DNA from: Bacteroidota bacterium
GTDB taxonomy: Bacteria; Bacteroidota; Bacteroidia; UKL13-3
Reading direction: 5' to 3'
Assembly: GCA_947507965.1 (NCBI GenBank)
Contig: CANNQU010000006.1
Span: forward strand, 1,275-65,274
Length of the DNA stretch: 64,000 bases
The notes beneath the pieces are model-generated. The model was not told the origin of the DNA. It made no database searches and saw only the letters and a list, made by a program, of their open reading frames with translations. Numbering within the stretch: the stretch's first letter is position 1; each line of letters opens with the position of its first letter. Below, piece after piece: positions 40,748 through 51,503 of this stretch. Both the position numbers and the translations under genes were made by a program.

Positions 40748-42727
40748 ATGTCAAAATTAGAATCTAAAATACCCGAAGGCCCGATAGAAACGAAATGGAG
40801 TAAGTACAAAAGTTCCGTTCCATTAGTTAACCCTTCCAACAAGCGTAATCTGGAAATCTTGATTGTTGGTTCAGGTTTGGCAGGCGCATCCGCTGCTGCG
40901 TCATTGGCCGAATTAGGCTATAAAGTAAAAGTCTTCTGCTTCCAGGATTCTCCACGACGTGCTCATAGCATTGCAGCGCAAGGTGGGATAAATGCAGCAA
41001 AAAACTATCAGAATGATGGCGATAGTACCTATCGCTTATTTTATGATACCATCAAAGGTGGCGACTACCGCGCACGGGAAGGAAATGTGCATCGCTTGGC
41101 TGAAGTAAGCTCAAGTATCATCGATCAATGTGTAGCCCAAGGAGTTCCCTTCGCACGCGAATACGGTGGCCTTTTAAGTAACCGTTCTTTTGGAGGAACA
41201 CAAGTACAACGTACATTTTATGCTGCCGGACAAACAGGTCAACAACTTTTACTCGGGGCATATTCTGCTATGGAGCGACAGGTAGGTATGGGTACCGTGC
41301 AAATGTATGCACGCCACGAAATGCTAGATCTGGTAACCATCGACGGAAAAGCTAGAGGGATCATCGCAAAAAATTTAGTTACCGGTGAACTTGAACGTTA
41401 TTTCGGGCACGCGGTACTTCTCTGCTCAGGAGGGTATGGAAATGTATTCTACCTTAGTACCAATGCCATGGGAGCCAATGTTACTGCAATTTGGCGCGCT
41501 CATAAACAAGGGGCCGTAATGGGTAACCCATGTTTCACGCAAATACATCCTACCTGTATCCCGGTAAGTGGCGACCACCAATCGAAACTCACGCTTATGA
41601 GCGAATCTTTACGTAACGATGGAAGAATATGGGTGCCCAAAAAGCAAGGCGATGACCGCAATCCGAATGATATTCCGGAAGATGAACGCGACTATTATTT
41701 GGAAAGAAGGTATCCTGCTTTTGGCAACCTGGTTCCTCGTGATGTGGCCTCTCGTGCTGCCAAAGAACGCTGCGATGCCGGCTTCGGCGTAGGCCCAAGC
41801 AAAATGGCGGTGTATCTCGATTTCAAATTTAATATGATGCGCTATGGCCGGGTGGAAGCTTCCAAACTTGGACTTGCCAATGCCTCTGATGAGGAAATTC
41901 TAAAGCTAGGAAAGGAAGTAATAAAGGAAAAATACGGCAACCTGTTCGATATGTATAAACAGATTACAGGCGACAATCCTTACGAAGCTTCTATGCGTAT
42001 TTATCCTGCTGTACATTATACGATGGGTGGTTTATGGGTTGATTACGATTTGATGACTACCGTTCCGGGATTGTATTGCCTAGGCGAAGCGAACTTCAGT
42101 GACCATGGTGCAAATAGACTTGGTGCTTCGGCATTGATGCAAGGGTTGGCCGATGGGTATTATGTTATTCCTTACACCATTGGTGCCTACCTTAGCAAAG
42201 AAATTGCAACCAAAGCTATTGATACCAATCACCCGGCATTTGTAGAATCGGAGCAGCGAGTGCAAAATATTTTGGATACCTTATTAAATATTAAAGGATC
42301 TAAAACAGTGGAGAGTTTCCATAAACGTCTCGGAAAAATAATGTGGGATAAATGTGGTATGGCTCGTAATGAGAAAGGGTTGAAAGAAGCCATTGTGGAA
42401 ATTCAGGCCTTGAGAAAAGAATACTGGAGCGATGTGCGAATTCCAGGAGTTCAGCATGAATTTAATCCGGAGCTGGACCGCGCGTTTCGTGTCGCCGATT
42501 TCCTTGAGCTGGGGGAGTTGATGTGTATCGATGCCCTTAATCGTCACGAGAGTTGTGGAGGCCATTTCCGTGAAGAGTCGCAAACAGAAGAGGGAGAGGC
42601 TTTGCGCGATGATGAAAACTACGCCTACGTTTCAGTATGGGATTTTAAAGGAGAAAGTCAATGGGAATTGTTAAAAGAAGAATTGAAATTTGAAAATATT
42701 AAAATTGCCCAACGGTCCTATAAATAA
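40748..42727 (+). CDS. sdhA: Succinate dehydrogenase/fumarate reductase flavoprotein subunit
   Basis: [37 protein letters not shown]. Confidence 0.96.
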   Translation: MSKLESKIPEGPIETKWSKYKSSVPLVNPSNKRNLEILIVGSGLAGASAAASLAELGYKVKVFCFQDSPRRAHSIAAQGGINAAKNYQNDGDSTYRLFYDTIKGGDYRAREGNVHRLAEVSSSIIDQCVAQGVPFAREYGGLLSNRSFGGTQVQRTFYAAGQTGQQLLLGAYSAMERQVGMGTVQMYARHEMLDLVTIDGKARGIIAKNLVTGELERYFGHAVLLCSGGYGNVFYLSTNAMGANVTAIWRAHKQGAVMGNPCFTQIHPTCIPVSGDHQSKLTLMSESLRNDGRIWVPKKQGDDRNPNDIPEDERDYYLERRYPAFGNLVPRDVASRAAKERCDAGFGVGPSKMAVYLDFKFNMMRYGRVEASKLGLANASDEEILKLGKEVIKEKYGNLFDMYKQITGDNPYEASMRIYPAVHYTMGGLWVDYDLMTTVPGLYCLGEANFSDHGANRLGASALMQGLADGYYVIPYTIGAYLSKEIATKAIDTNHPAFVESEQRVQNILDTLLNIKGSKTVESFHKRLGKIMWDKCGMARNEKGLKEAIVEIQALRKEYWSDVRIPGVQHEFNPELDRAFRVADFLELGELMCIDALNRHESCGGHFREESQTEEGEALRDDENYAYVSVWDFKGESQWELLKEELKFENIKIAQRSYK

Positions 42728-42793
42728 GAATATGGTAAATCAACCCGATGACGATCGGGGAAGAAATTTTAAATTAAATAATCAGCGTTCACA

Positions 42794-43558
42794 ATGAGTC
42801 ACGGATCAATGAAAATAAACCTTAAAGTTTGGCGTCAAAAAAATGCTCAGGCGAAAGGTAACTTAGAAAATTATACAGTAAACGAGGTGTCACCCGATAT
42901 GTCGTTTCTCGAAATGTTCGATGTGCTAAACGAAAGCCTTGTTAATAAAGGCGATGAGCCTATCGCTTTCGACCACGATTGTCGTGAAGGTATTTGCGGA
43001 ACCTGTAGTTTATACATCAACGGTCGCCCTCATGGCCCATTGGAAGGAATCACCACGTGCCAGTTGCACATGCGTAGTTTTAATGATGGTGATACCATTA
43101 CCGTTGAGCCATGGCGAGCTAAAGCATTTCCTGTTGTAAAAGATTTGGTAGTCGATCGTAGTGCTTTCGACCGTATCATCGCAGCAGGTGGGTATGTTAG
43201 TGTAAATACGGGCAATGCTCAGGATGCAAATTGTTTGCCCATCAACAAAGAAGATGCAGATGATGCATTTATGAGTGCCTCTTGTATTGGTTGCGGCGCT
43301 TGTGTTGCTGCATGTAAAAATGCTTCTGCCATGCTCTTCGTTGCCGCCAAGGTATCGCAATTGGCCAAGCTGCCCCAAGGACAACCAGAGCGTTATACTC
43401 GCGTTGCCAGTATGGTAGCTCAAATGGATAAAGAAGGTTTTGGGGCTTGTACCAATACCGGTGCCTGCAGTGCCGAGTGTCCTAAAGAAATCTCACTTAC
43501 TAATATCGCGTTACTCAATCGCGATTATATGAGAGCTAAGTTTTTAGAAAATTCTTAA
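42794..43558 (+). CDS. sdhB: Succinate dehydrogenase/fumarate reductase iron-sulfur subunit
   Basis: [32 protein letters not shown]. Confidence 0.96.
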   Translation: MSHGSMKINLKVWRQKNAQAKGNLENYTVNEVSPDMSFLEMFDVLNESLVNKGDEPIAFDHDCREGICGTCSLYINGRPHGPLEGITTCQLHMRSFNDGDTITVEPWRAKAFPVVKDLVVDRSAFDRIIAAGGYVSVNTGNAQDANCLPINKEDADDAFMSASCIGCGACVAACKNASAMLFVAAKVSQLAKLPQGQPERYTRVASMVAQMDKEGFGACTNTGACSAECPKEISLTNIALLNRDYMRAKFLENS

Positions 43559-43585
43559 AATTCAATTTTAGCTTTTGTATAAGCT

Positions 43586-43634
43586 CTAAAAAAAACGGAG
43601 ATCTGATGAATATCAGACCTCCGTTTTTTTTTAG
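43586..43634. terminator. Bidirectional intrinsic terminator
   Basis: CTAAAAAAAACGGAG-TCTGAT...ATCAGA-CTCCGTTTTTTTTTAG between convergent sdhB and the peptidase gene. Confidence 0.85.
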
Positions 43635-43646
43635 TTTGAAATCGCA

Positions 43647-44327
43647 TTAATCGCGTCCTCTATTCATATAAATCATGATATAATAAAGCAACGTAGCTAA
43701 CGAAGCAATGGCTGCCACTACATACGTCATGGCAGCCCATTTTAACGCATCTTTTGCATTGGCATGTTCTTCGCGTTGAACGATGTGTGTATTGTCTAAC
43801 CATGCTAAGGCTCGTCGGCTCGCATCAAATTCTACGGGTAACGTAACAAAGGAGAACAAGGTAGTTAATGCGAATAATCCAATACCGATAGGTAATAAAT
43901 AGGGAAAGGTATTAATCAAAAATATTCCGGCAAGCAATATCCATTGAACATACTGTGATGAAATACTTACAATGGGTACTAATTTGCTACGTAAAGTTAG
44001 CCACGTATAGGCATTCGCATGTTGTACCGCATGCCCGCACTCATGTGCCGCAACGGCGGCCGAAGTGATAGAATGACCGGCATACACTTCCGCACTTAAA
44101 TTGACTGTTTTGTCTAGTGGGTTATAATGATCGGTTAGCTGTCCTTCAACACTTATCACTCGTACATCATATATATTATTGTCTTTTAACATTTTCTCGG
44201 CAATGTCTTTGCCACTCATGCCATTGCGTAAAAGTATTAATGAGTATTTTGATATTTTACTCTTAAATCTCCAGCTTACAAGTAAGCTCATTACAAATGC
44301 ACCAATTCCTAAAATGATAATATTCAT
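43647..44327 (-). CDS. Neutral zinc metallopeptidase (YugP-like)
   Basis: LTDHYNP, AAHECGHAVQH, TLPVEFDASRRA, AAMTYV. Confidence 0.9.
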   Translation of the reverse strand: MNIIILGIGAFVMSLLVSWRFKSKISKYSLILLRNGMSGKDIAEKMLKDNNIYDVRVISVEGQLTDHYNPLDKTVNLSAEVYAGHSITSAAVAAHECGHAVQHANAYTWLTLRSKLVPIVSISSQYVQWILLAGIFLINTFPYLLPIGIGLFALTTLFSFVTLPVEFDASRRALAWLDNTHIVQREEHANAKDALKWAAMTYVVAAIASLATLLYYIMIYMNRGRD

Positions 44328-44412
44328 ATTCGTTCAACAATTAATTTTCAATTGTTGCTGCAAAATTAATACAAATCAATCAATTCCGACAAAATGGCGT
44401 AAATGGATCTGC

Positions 44413-44586
44413 TTATAAAATAAAATAACGCAAAATCATGACGATAACGGCAAGTAACATCATCCAAATACTAAGGCGGTTGATGCCATGCATGAAACGT
44501 AGGTTTACATTTTTTTTGGCTTCTCTATCCTTACGTAAGAACCCTATTGGATTTAAATAGCCAATTATTTTTTTGATAAAGTCCAT
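44413..44586 (-). CDS. Small membrane protein, 57 aa (DUF6728-like)
   Basis: Below the ORF-track cutoff; read manually: MDFIKKIIGYLNPIGFLRKDREAKKNVNLRFMHGINRLSIWMMLLAVIVMILRYFIL*. Starts 2 bp after the upstream stop. Confidence 0.7.
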   Translation of the reverse strand: MDFIKKIIGYLNPIGFLRKDREAKKNVNLRFMHGINRLSIWMMLLAVIVMILRYFIL

Positions 44587-44588
44587 TT

Positions 44589-45731
44589 TCAATTCGTTAA
44601 TGCTTGTTGCAAATCGTCTAATAAATCTTCAATATCTTCTATACCCACACTCAAGCGAATCAAAGCATCAGTCAATCCGTTTTTTAATCGTTCTTCTCTC
44701 GGTATGCTTGCATGGGTCATGCTGGCCGGGTGACCTACCAAGCTTTCCACACCACCCAGGCTTTCGGCTAAGGCAAAAAGTTTTATTTTCTTTAAAAAGG
44801 TTAGTGCCGTTTCCATGGTATCGTTGATAAAGGTAAACGAAATCATTCCACCAAAATCACGCATTTGTTTTTTGGCAATCTCATGGTTGGGATGGGTTTC
44901 GAGGCCACACCAATAAACCTTATCGATGACCGGATGAGCAGATAAAAAGTGAGCAACGGCGGCACCATTTTCACAATGACGTTGCATACGAACATGCAAT
45001 GTTTTGATTCCACGCAAAACTAAGAAACAATCCTGTGGTCCCGGTGTTGCACCACTCGCATTTTGAATGAATTTCAGGTCTTCATATAGTTTTTCGTTGC
45101 TGGTAATTAACGCACCCATCACCACATCACTATGCCCGCTGATGTATTTGGTTAGCGAGTGCATTACCAAATCGACGCCTAAATCAAGTGGGTTTTGGAG
45201 GTATGGAGAAGCAAAAGTATTATCCACACATACCAGTAGGTTATGCTTTTTTCCGATGGCAGATATCGCCTCGATATCGATAATATTCATCATCGGGTTG
45301 GTCGGTGTTTCTACCCAGAGCAACTTCGTTTTTGAAGTAATATATTGTTCTACATCGCCAGCATTGCTCATATTAATGAAGCTGAACTTGATGCCATATT
45401 TTTCAAACACTTTCACAAATAAGCGATACGTGCCACCATATAAATCGTTGGTTGAGAGTACTTCGTCGCCTGGATTTAATGTTTTTATCACCGCATCAAT
45501 AGCGCCCAAACCAGTGCTATAGCACAAGCCGTATTTGCCGTTTTCTAATGCGGCTAAGTTTTTCTGTAATGCATCACGGGTGGGGTTTTGTGTGCGTCCG
45601 TATTCGTAGCCTTTGTGGTCGCCGGGCGCATTTTGAACGTAGGTGCTTGTTTGAAAAATGGGAGTCATGATGGCTCCTGTTGAAGGGTCGGGTGCTACAC
45701 CGGCGTGTATGGCTTTGGTATTGAAACGCAT
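44589..45731 (-). CDS. Cystathionine gamma-synthase/lyase family PLP enzyme
   Basis: PIFQTSTY, ETPTNP, VDNTFASP, HSLTKYISGHSD, AESLGGVESL. Confidence 0.93.
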   Translation of the reverse strand: MRFNTKAIHAGVAPDPSTGAIMTPIFQTSTYVQNAPGDHKGYEYGRTQNPTRDALQKNLAALENGKYGLCYSTGLGAIDAVIKTLNPGDEVLSTNDLYGGTYRLFVKVFEKYGIKFSFINMSNAGDVEQYITSKTKLLWVETPTNPMMNIIDIEAISAIGKKHNLLVCVDNTFASPYLQNPLDLGVDLVMHSLTKYISGHSDVVMGALITSNEKLYEDLKFIQNASGATPGPQDCFLVLRGIKTLHVRMQRHCENGAAVAHFLSAHPVIDKVYWCGLETHPNHEIAKKQMRDFGGMISFTFINDTMETALTFLKKIKLFALAESLGGVESLVGHPASMTHASIPREERLKNGLTDALIRLSVGIEDIEDLLDDLQQALTN

Positions 45732-45810
45732 ATTGTTTTTTTAGGATGCAAAGGTAAGAAGTGAATCGATAACTCACCCAAAGTAATAAAAATTTATAGT
45801 GCAAACATAA

Positions 45811-47007
45811 CTACTCTACATAATCCTGCAAGTACCTATACGACTCGGTTAAACTTCCTTCCTTGGCAATCGTAGCATGATTAATGATAAAACCATTTTC
45901 GTTATCAATCAATTCGGGTAATACATGGTGAATCAAAAAGGTGCCAAATTCGGTGCTCGCATCCAACGGTAACTCACAGGGTAAATTACCAACCGCCATC
46001 ACATCAACCGTATGTTTCAAAAAGGGTTCTACCACTTTTTCACTTAATGAATGCCAGCCAAATACAGGGTTCTCAATCGTCGTCGATTTTACGGTACAAG
46101 GTATTGAACCATCAATATCGCAGGTAATATCTGCAATAACATCTATTGCGAAACTAGCATTTTTCATTTCTTCTTTGGTAAAGAAAACGGGAATTCCTTG
46201 TTTCCAAAAAATGGCATTGATCATCAGGTCAGTGGTTGAATAATAGGGTTGGAATTTGCATTCATATAGTTCAGGATGATGGTAGAAGTCCGCTTTGTCC
46301 CAAGCCATGCCATCTTTACGACTATACAAGTCATCGACGCGTAGGTGCACAAAAACGGGCTCCTCGAACGTAGAATTCAAATATTCTCGTTTTGTTACTT
46401 CTCGTATATTTAAGTATTGAAGCATTTCGAGTGCCCCGTGGCCCACACGGCCATCGCCAGCTAAACATATTTTTATATTGGGCAAGGCAATAGGTTTGTA
46501 TTGTAACTTAAGTTCCAGAAAATTACGGCATTCGTGGGCTGCTTTTAAATGATACAACTCAAACTTCTTACCGTAGGTTAAAAAGCCATTATGGGTTCCA
46601 ACAATACCGGCAAACCTGCCGAAACCAATAATACGACTTCCATTTTCCCATACCAACGTCTCGTAATCTATCAATGTTATTTTTTTTGTGAGTATCTCAC
46701 GCAACAGCTTGCGGTTATGCACTTGTTTTTTTATGGTATGTGAAAAGAAGAAATAGATTTTATTGGAAATCAATTCCGCAATCGGCACTTCTTTTATCCC
46801 CATCAGCACATCGCAATCACTTAAATCTTCTTTTATTTCGCAGCCATAGCGGGCAAACTCATCCTCATTGAAACATCGATGTGGAGAAGGTTGTACCACA
46901 ACACTCACGTTAGGGTAATTATTCATCAGCTCATAACATTGGTGGGGTACCAGCGGTGTGCGTTTATCGGGCGGCAATTTGCCTTCGCGTATGATTCCTA
47001 TTTTCAT
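45811..47007 (-). CDS. Saccharopine dehydrogenase / alanine dehydrogenase-PNT family oxidoreductase
   Basis: MKIGIIREGK..DKRTPL, GIKEVP, FFSHTIKKQ, IDYE, ADITCD, NLPCELP; start at ATG 47007. Confidence 0.85.
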   Translation of the reverse strand: MKIGIIREGKLPPDKRTPLVPHQCYELMNNYPNVSVVVQPSPHRCFNEDEFARYGCEIKEDLSDCDVLMGIKEVPIAELISNKIYFFFSHTIKKQVHNRKLLREILTKKITLIDYETLVWENGSRIIGFGRFAGIVGTHNGFLTYGKKFELYHLKAAHECRNFLELKLQYKPIALPNIKICLAGDGRVGHGALEMLQYLNIREVTKREYLNSTFEEPVFVHLRVDDLYSRKDGMAWDKADFYHHPELYECKFQPYYSTTDLMINAIFWKQGIPVFFTKEEMKNASFAIDVIADITCDIDGSIPCTVKSTTIENPVFGWHSLSEKVVEPFLKHTVDVMAVGNLPCELPLDASTEFGTFLIHHVLPELIDNENGFIINHATIAKEGSLTESYRYLQDYVE

Positions 47008-47208
47008 AATGTTACAAAGGTATATTAGATTTCCCTGATTTAAGTTACCTATTGGAAGCTCATTTTTGATGGTGCCGATAGGCCTCGAAGTGTCTCTTAA
47101 CGCCCGATACCTTTTTTTTGATTTGAGGTCCATTCTACCAATCCAATTGCTGCGATTTAGACTTCTCGTTCCCTCTCGAATAAATAAAATTAATTCTTAT
47201 TTTGCATC

Positions 47209-48798
47209 ATGAATTTTCTGGAAAAGTTTTTGGCGAAAAAACGAAATAGCATGGTTTTTCTGGCCCTGCTTACCTTCATGGTTTATATGCCGGTGATGCA
47301 TGGCGATTATGTTCTCGATGATTATTCATACATTGTAAATAATGAGTATGTACACGATTTAAATCATGTACAACAAATTTATACTCATACTACCCAGGGT
47401 GCCAGCGATGCTAGTGGTAATTATTACCGTCCCAATCAGTCTCTAAGCCATGCTTTTATCTATCGTTTTGTAGGTACCGGTGCCCCAGCTCAACATATTT
47501 TTTCTATCCTGATTCATGTCATTAATGTTTGCTTGCTTTTTGTGTTCCTGGGGCTATTGGGTTTTTTAAATCTGCCGGCATTTATAGCGGCCGCCATTTT
47601 TGCAGTACATCCTATCAACACCGAGGCTGTTGCTTATATTTCTGGCCTAGGCGATCCATTAAGCATGCTTTTTATTTTAAGTGCCGGCATCTCTTACCTT
47701 TATTACAAAAGGGAAAGTAAAATACACTACGCTGTTTTTACTTTTGGGAGTGTGGTGTTGGCCCTTTTTAGTAAAGAGAGCAGCATCATGTTAATGGTAT
47801 TATTGCTGCTTATTGAACTATATTTACAACCATCGAAAGTGTATATTAAGAAACCGGAAATATTCATCTTAGGGACGGTGGTTTTTCTGTGCGCGGTATT
47901 TGCATTTTTGCGTTCTACGGATAGTACCAATCTTTCTTCTGCCACTAATGAATACACACAAAGTCTTTGGATTCGTGGGATTACGTTCTGCGCTATTTTT
48001 CCCCGGTACATGGGAATGCTTATTTTCCCTGTTTCCCAATATTTCGATAAGCCTTATTCAGTCTATATCTCTCTGCGAGCACTTGGTTTTGGTGGGCTCA
48101 TGATGCTTGGCGCTTTTGCGTATTTGTTTTATAATTCTTTCAAAACGACGCGTATTTTGATGTTAGGGATCGGAAGCTTTTTTGCGTTCTTACTTCCTGT
48201 TTCTGGTATCATACCCAATGATGCAATATATTCGGAGCACTGGCTGTATCTTCCTTTTATAGGTGTGTCGATAGCTATTGCCATGCTTCTTCAAAATGCA
48301 AAATCGAAGGTAAAGAATACCTTGGTTCTTTTAGCCGGTATTCTTATTATTGGCTATTCGGCCAAAGCCGGATATAGAAATGCCCAATGGGCCGATCCAA
48401 TTCTATTTTATAAAAATGAAATTAAATTCAACAATAAGTCAGCGCGTAGTTACCATAATTTAGCATTGGTATTTAGCGAGAAGAAGGAATATAATAGTGC
48501 CGCGAAATATTATAGTTTAGCGATATCAATTCATGATGTGTATCCGCAAACACACCATCTTTTGGCGCAGACCTATTTGCAGTTGAACCAAGTGAACAAA
48601 GCCATTGTGGAGGAATATAAAGCCTTACAATTACAGCCCAATTTTAAGCCTAGTTTGAATCGTTTGGTTGAAATTTATACCACTTTAAAAGACGAAAAAC
48701 GGGCATCGGCTTTTTCTAAGTTGATCGAATTGGAGCAGCTAGGCCAAATGCCTGATTGGAATGAAATCAGGGCAATTCAGAACAATGAAAAACCATGA
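47209..48798 (+). CDS. TMTC-like membrane glycosyltransferase with C-terminal TPRs
   Basis: VLDD, YYRP, FAVHPINTEAVAYIS, ALFSKES, EHWLYLP, then TPR repeats. Confidence 0.8.
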   Translation: MNFLEKFLAKKRNSMVFLALLTFMVYMPVMHGDYVLDDYSYIVNNEYVHDLNHVQQIYTHTTQGASDASGNYYRPNQSLSHAFIYRFVGTGAPAQHIFSILIHVINVCLLFVFLGLLGFLNLPAFIAAAIFAVHPINTEAVAYISGLGDPLSMLFILSAGISYLYYKRESKIHYAVFTFGSVVLALFSKESSIMLMVLLLLIELYLQPSKVYIKKPEIFILGTVVFLCAVFAFLRSTDSTNLSSATNEYTQSLWIRGITFCAIFPRYMGMLIFPVSQYFDKPYSVYISLRALGFGGLMMLGAFAYLFYNSFKTTRILMLGIGSFFAFLLPVSGIIPNDAIYSEHWLYLPFIGVSIAIAMLLQNAKSKVKNTLVLLAGILIIGYSAKAGYRNAQWADPILFYKNEIKFNNKSARSYHNLALVFSEKKEYNSAAKYYSLAISIHDVYPQTHHLLAQTYLQLNQVNKAIVEEYKALQLQPNFKPSLNRLVEIYTTLKDEKRASAFSKLIELEQLGQMPDWNEIRAIQNNEKP

Positions 48799-49433
48799 TT
48801 GTAGAGCTCAGAGAAGATACGTTATGGTTTCCCGACACCGCCATTGCCGATGAAGATGGGTTGCTTGCTTATGGTGGAGATCTATCTGCAGAAAGGTTAC
48901 TTTTAGCGTATCGTCAAGGTATTTTTCCATGGTATAGTGAAGAGTCCCCTATCTTGTGGTATAGCCCACACGAGCGTTTTGTGTTGCTTCCAAATGAAAT
49001 ACGCATCACCAAAAGCATGAAACAAATTCTTCAATCGGGTAAGTTTGAGATGAGAAAAAACACCGCTTTTGCTGAAGTCATACGCTGCTGTGCTATCGCT
49101 GAGCGAGCGGGGCAGGAGGGAACCTGGATTACCAATGAAATGCAAGATGCGTATATAGTACTGCATCAAAAAGGTATCGCGCATAGCTACGAAACATGGT
49201 TTCAAAACGAATTGGTTGGTGGGCTTTACGGAGTGGAAATAGGAAATGTTTTTTGTGGAGAAAGCATGTTCAGTAAGGCAAGCAATGCCTCCAAAGCAGC
49301 ACTGGTATGGCTCGCACAAAACTTCAACTATGACTTGATCGATTGCCAGGTATATACCGAGCATCTCGAAAGTATGGGTGCTAAAATGATTTCCAGAGAG
49401 GAGTATGAAGTATATCTACAGATTACCCCGTAA
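48795..49433 (+). CDS. aat: Leucyl/phenylalanyl-tRNA--protein transferase
   Basis: GLLAYGGDLS..RLLLAY.QGIFPW, AHSYETW, LVGGLYG, FCGESMF, ASKAAL. Confidence 0.95.
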   Translation: MIVELREDTLWFPDTAIADEDGLLAYGGDLSAERLLLAYRQGIFPWYSEESPILWYSPHERFVLLPNEIRITKSMKQILQSGKFEMRKNTAFAEVIRCCAIAERAGQEGTWITNEMQDAYIVLHQKGIAHSYETWFQNELVGGLYGVEIGNVFCGESMFSKASNASKAALVWLAQNFNYDLIDCQVYTEHLESMGAKMISREEYEVYLQITP

Positions 49434-50537
49434 CTCTTGCTCCCGTTCTAACGATTCGAACAATGCTTTAAAATTACCTGCTCCAAAAGATTTTGCACCT
49501 TTACGCTGGATAATTTCAAAAAACAACGTCGGTCGGTCTTCCACAGGCTTCGTAAATAGCTGTAGTAAATATCCTTCGTCATCACGATCTACCAATATGC
49601 CAAGTTCACGCAAAGGAGTGAGGTCTTCTTCAATGGGGCCTACACGCTCCAAAAGGTCATCGTAGTAGGTGCTCGGCGTATTCAAAAAATCAACACCACG
49701 GCTTTTTAACTCGCGTACGGTGGTAATAATGTCGTTGGTAGCTATGGCCACATGTTGCACCCCTTCGCCTTCATAAAAATCGATATACTCTTCAATCTGA
49801 GATTTCTTTTTGCCTTCGGCGGGCTCATTAATTGGAAATTTCACATAGCCGTTACCATTGCTCATCACCTTACTCATCAGGGCTGAGTATTCGGTGGTTA
49901 TTTGCTTGTCGTCGAAGCTTAAAATATTTTTAAACCCCATAACCTCTTCATACCATTTCACCACCTCGTTCATTCGGTTCCATCCTACATTACCCACACA
50001 ATGGTCCACATACAATAATCCTGTAGAAGCAGGATTGAAGTTGGTCTCCCATTTCTTAAATCCGGGCATGAAAGGGCCGTTATAGTTTTTTCGTTCAACA
50101 AATAGGTGCACGGTTTCGCCGTAGGTATAGATTCCACTGGTGCGTATTTCGCCAAACTCATCGGTCAACGTTTTGGGCTCTTGGTATGGCTTTGCTCCAC
50201 GTTTGGTGGTTTGTTCAAAGGCATCATACGCATCATCAACCGACAGGGCTAAAATTTTAACGCCATCGCCATGTTTTAATATATGATTATTGATCTCATT
50301 TTTTGAGTTTAATGGAGTGGTAAGCACGAATCGAACTTTATTTTGTTGAAGTACATAACTTACGTGATCGCGAACTCCGGTTTCGGGCCCGCAATAGGCA
50401 ACGCTTTGAAAGCCAAAAGCCGTTTTATAAAAATGAGCTGCTTGTTTGGCATTACCTACATAAAATTCAACATGATCGGTACCGTTAAGAGGTAAAAAAT
50501 CATTTTCCGAAGGATGTGTTTGTGAAGACGATGGCAT
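49416..50537 (-). CDS. hppD: 4-hydroxyphenylpyruvate dioxygenase
   Basis: DHCVGNV, KFPINEP, SQIEEY, GVQHVA, LLQLFT, FFEIIQRKG..FGAGNFKALF. Confidence 0.96.
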   Translation of the reverse strand: MPSSSQTHPSENDFLPLNGTDHVEFYVGNAKQAAHFYKTAFGFQSVAYCGPETGVRDHVSYVLQQNKVRFVLTTPLNSKNEINNHILKHGDGVKILALSVDDAYDAFEQTTKRGAKPYQEPKTLTDEFGEIRTSGIYTYGETVHLFVERKNYNGPFMPGFKKWETNFNPASTGLLYVDHCVGNVGWNRMNEVVKWYEEVMGFKNILSFDDKQITTEYSALMSKVMSNGNGYVKFPINEPAEGKKKSQIEEYIDFYEGEGVQHVAIATNDIITTVRELKSRGVDFLNTPSTYYDDLLERVGPIEEDLTPLRELGILVDRDDEGYLLQLFTKPVEDRPTLFFEIIQRKGAKSFGAGNFKALFESLEREQELRGNL

Positions 50538-50598
50538 GGTGATTAATTTTTACGCAAAGTTAATTTTATTTTTAATACAGTGGAACCCTTTAAAAGAG

Positions 50599-50632
50599 AA
50601 AAGCTTCTTTCCGAATGAGGAAAGAAGCTTTT
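50599..50632 (-). terminator. Intrinsic terminator after tonB
   Basis: AAAAGCTTCTTTCC-GAATGA-GGAAAGAAGCTTTT perfect stem. Confidence 0.8.
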
Positions 50633-50653
50633 TTGTATTATTTTAACAAAGCC

Positions 50654-51451
50654 TTAACGAGTCGAAAATTTGATGGGTAATTTGTAACTCACCGCTACAT
50701 TACGTCCATTTTGCCGTCCTGGGGTCCAGGCGGGCATTTTGCTTACTACCCTCACGGCTTCTTGGTCGCAACCAAAGCCGATGCCTTTAACTACCTTCAC
50801 GTCTCTAATTGTACCATCTTTTCCTACCACAAAATCAACGGTTACCTTGCCTTGTATGTCATTATCCAAAGCAACTTGCGGGTAAACGATATTCTTCTTT
50901 ACATAAGCCATTAAGGCCGCTTCTCCACCCGGAAATTCTGGCATTATTTCAACGTAGGTAGGAATAGTATTGCTTTCCACTTCCACCGGCCCTGTATTGC
51001 TATCATCTAAACTACGATCTACTCCATTCGGGTCGCCTGTTACGGTGGTTGGTCCTGCATCTACTTCCTCTAAGTCATCCGCTGTTACTTGTCGGTTTTC
51101 TGTAACCTCATTATCTTCTACCGGCACTGGAGGGGTAAATTGAACGGTACTATTTAAAGGAGGAGGAGGTTCAACAATGGGTGGAGGCGGTTCGTTTTTG
51201 TCTTGTTGAGGCGCTTGGTCGAGCACCACTTCCGACAAATCAATTTCTTTTGTTTTTGCTTTGGCATCGGCAAAGGCTTTAATAATATAAGGAGAGGCAA
51301 CAAAAATGGCAAACAATGCTGAAGCGATGACGGTGCTAATGGTTACATGCTTATTATAAATTTTGCGCAATATATAAGCGCCATAGTTCTTATTACGGTT
51401 TTCAAAAACCATATCATCCATGCTGGCCAATTGAATATCTTTAGATTCCAT
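50654..51451 (-). CDS. tonB: Energy transducer TonB
   Basis: FENRNKNYGAY, Pro-rich linker, MPEFPGG, YP..A....IQGKV, WTPGRQNG. Confidence 0.93.
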   Translation of the reverse strand: MESKDIQLASMDDMVFENRNKNYGAYILRKIYNKHVTISTVIASALFAIFVASPYIIKAFADAKAKTKEIDLSEVVLDQAPQQDKNEPPPPIVEPPPPLNSTVQFTPPVPVEDNEVTENRQVTADDLEEVDAGPTTVTGDPNGVDRSLDDSNTGPVEVESNTIPTYVEIMPEFPGGEAALMAYVKKNIVYPQVALDNDIQGKVTVDFVVGKDGTIRDVKVVKGIGFGCDQEAVRVVSKMPAWTPGRQNGRNVAVSYKLPIKFSTR

Positions 51452-51503
51452 CGCTTTAAGTGTTAGTTGTTGTATATACCTTCTAAATGCTAAAGGTAAA
51501 TAA

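Noticed and set aside
49416-49433. 18-bp overlap of convergent aat and hppD 3' ends
   Set aside because: Short convergent overlaps are common and imply no special function.
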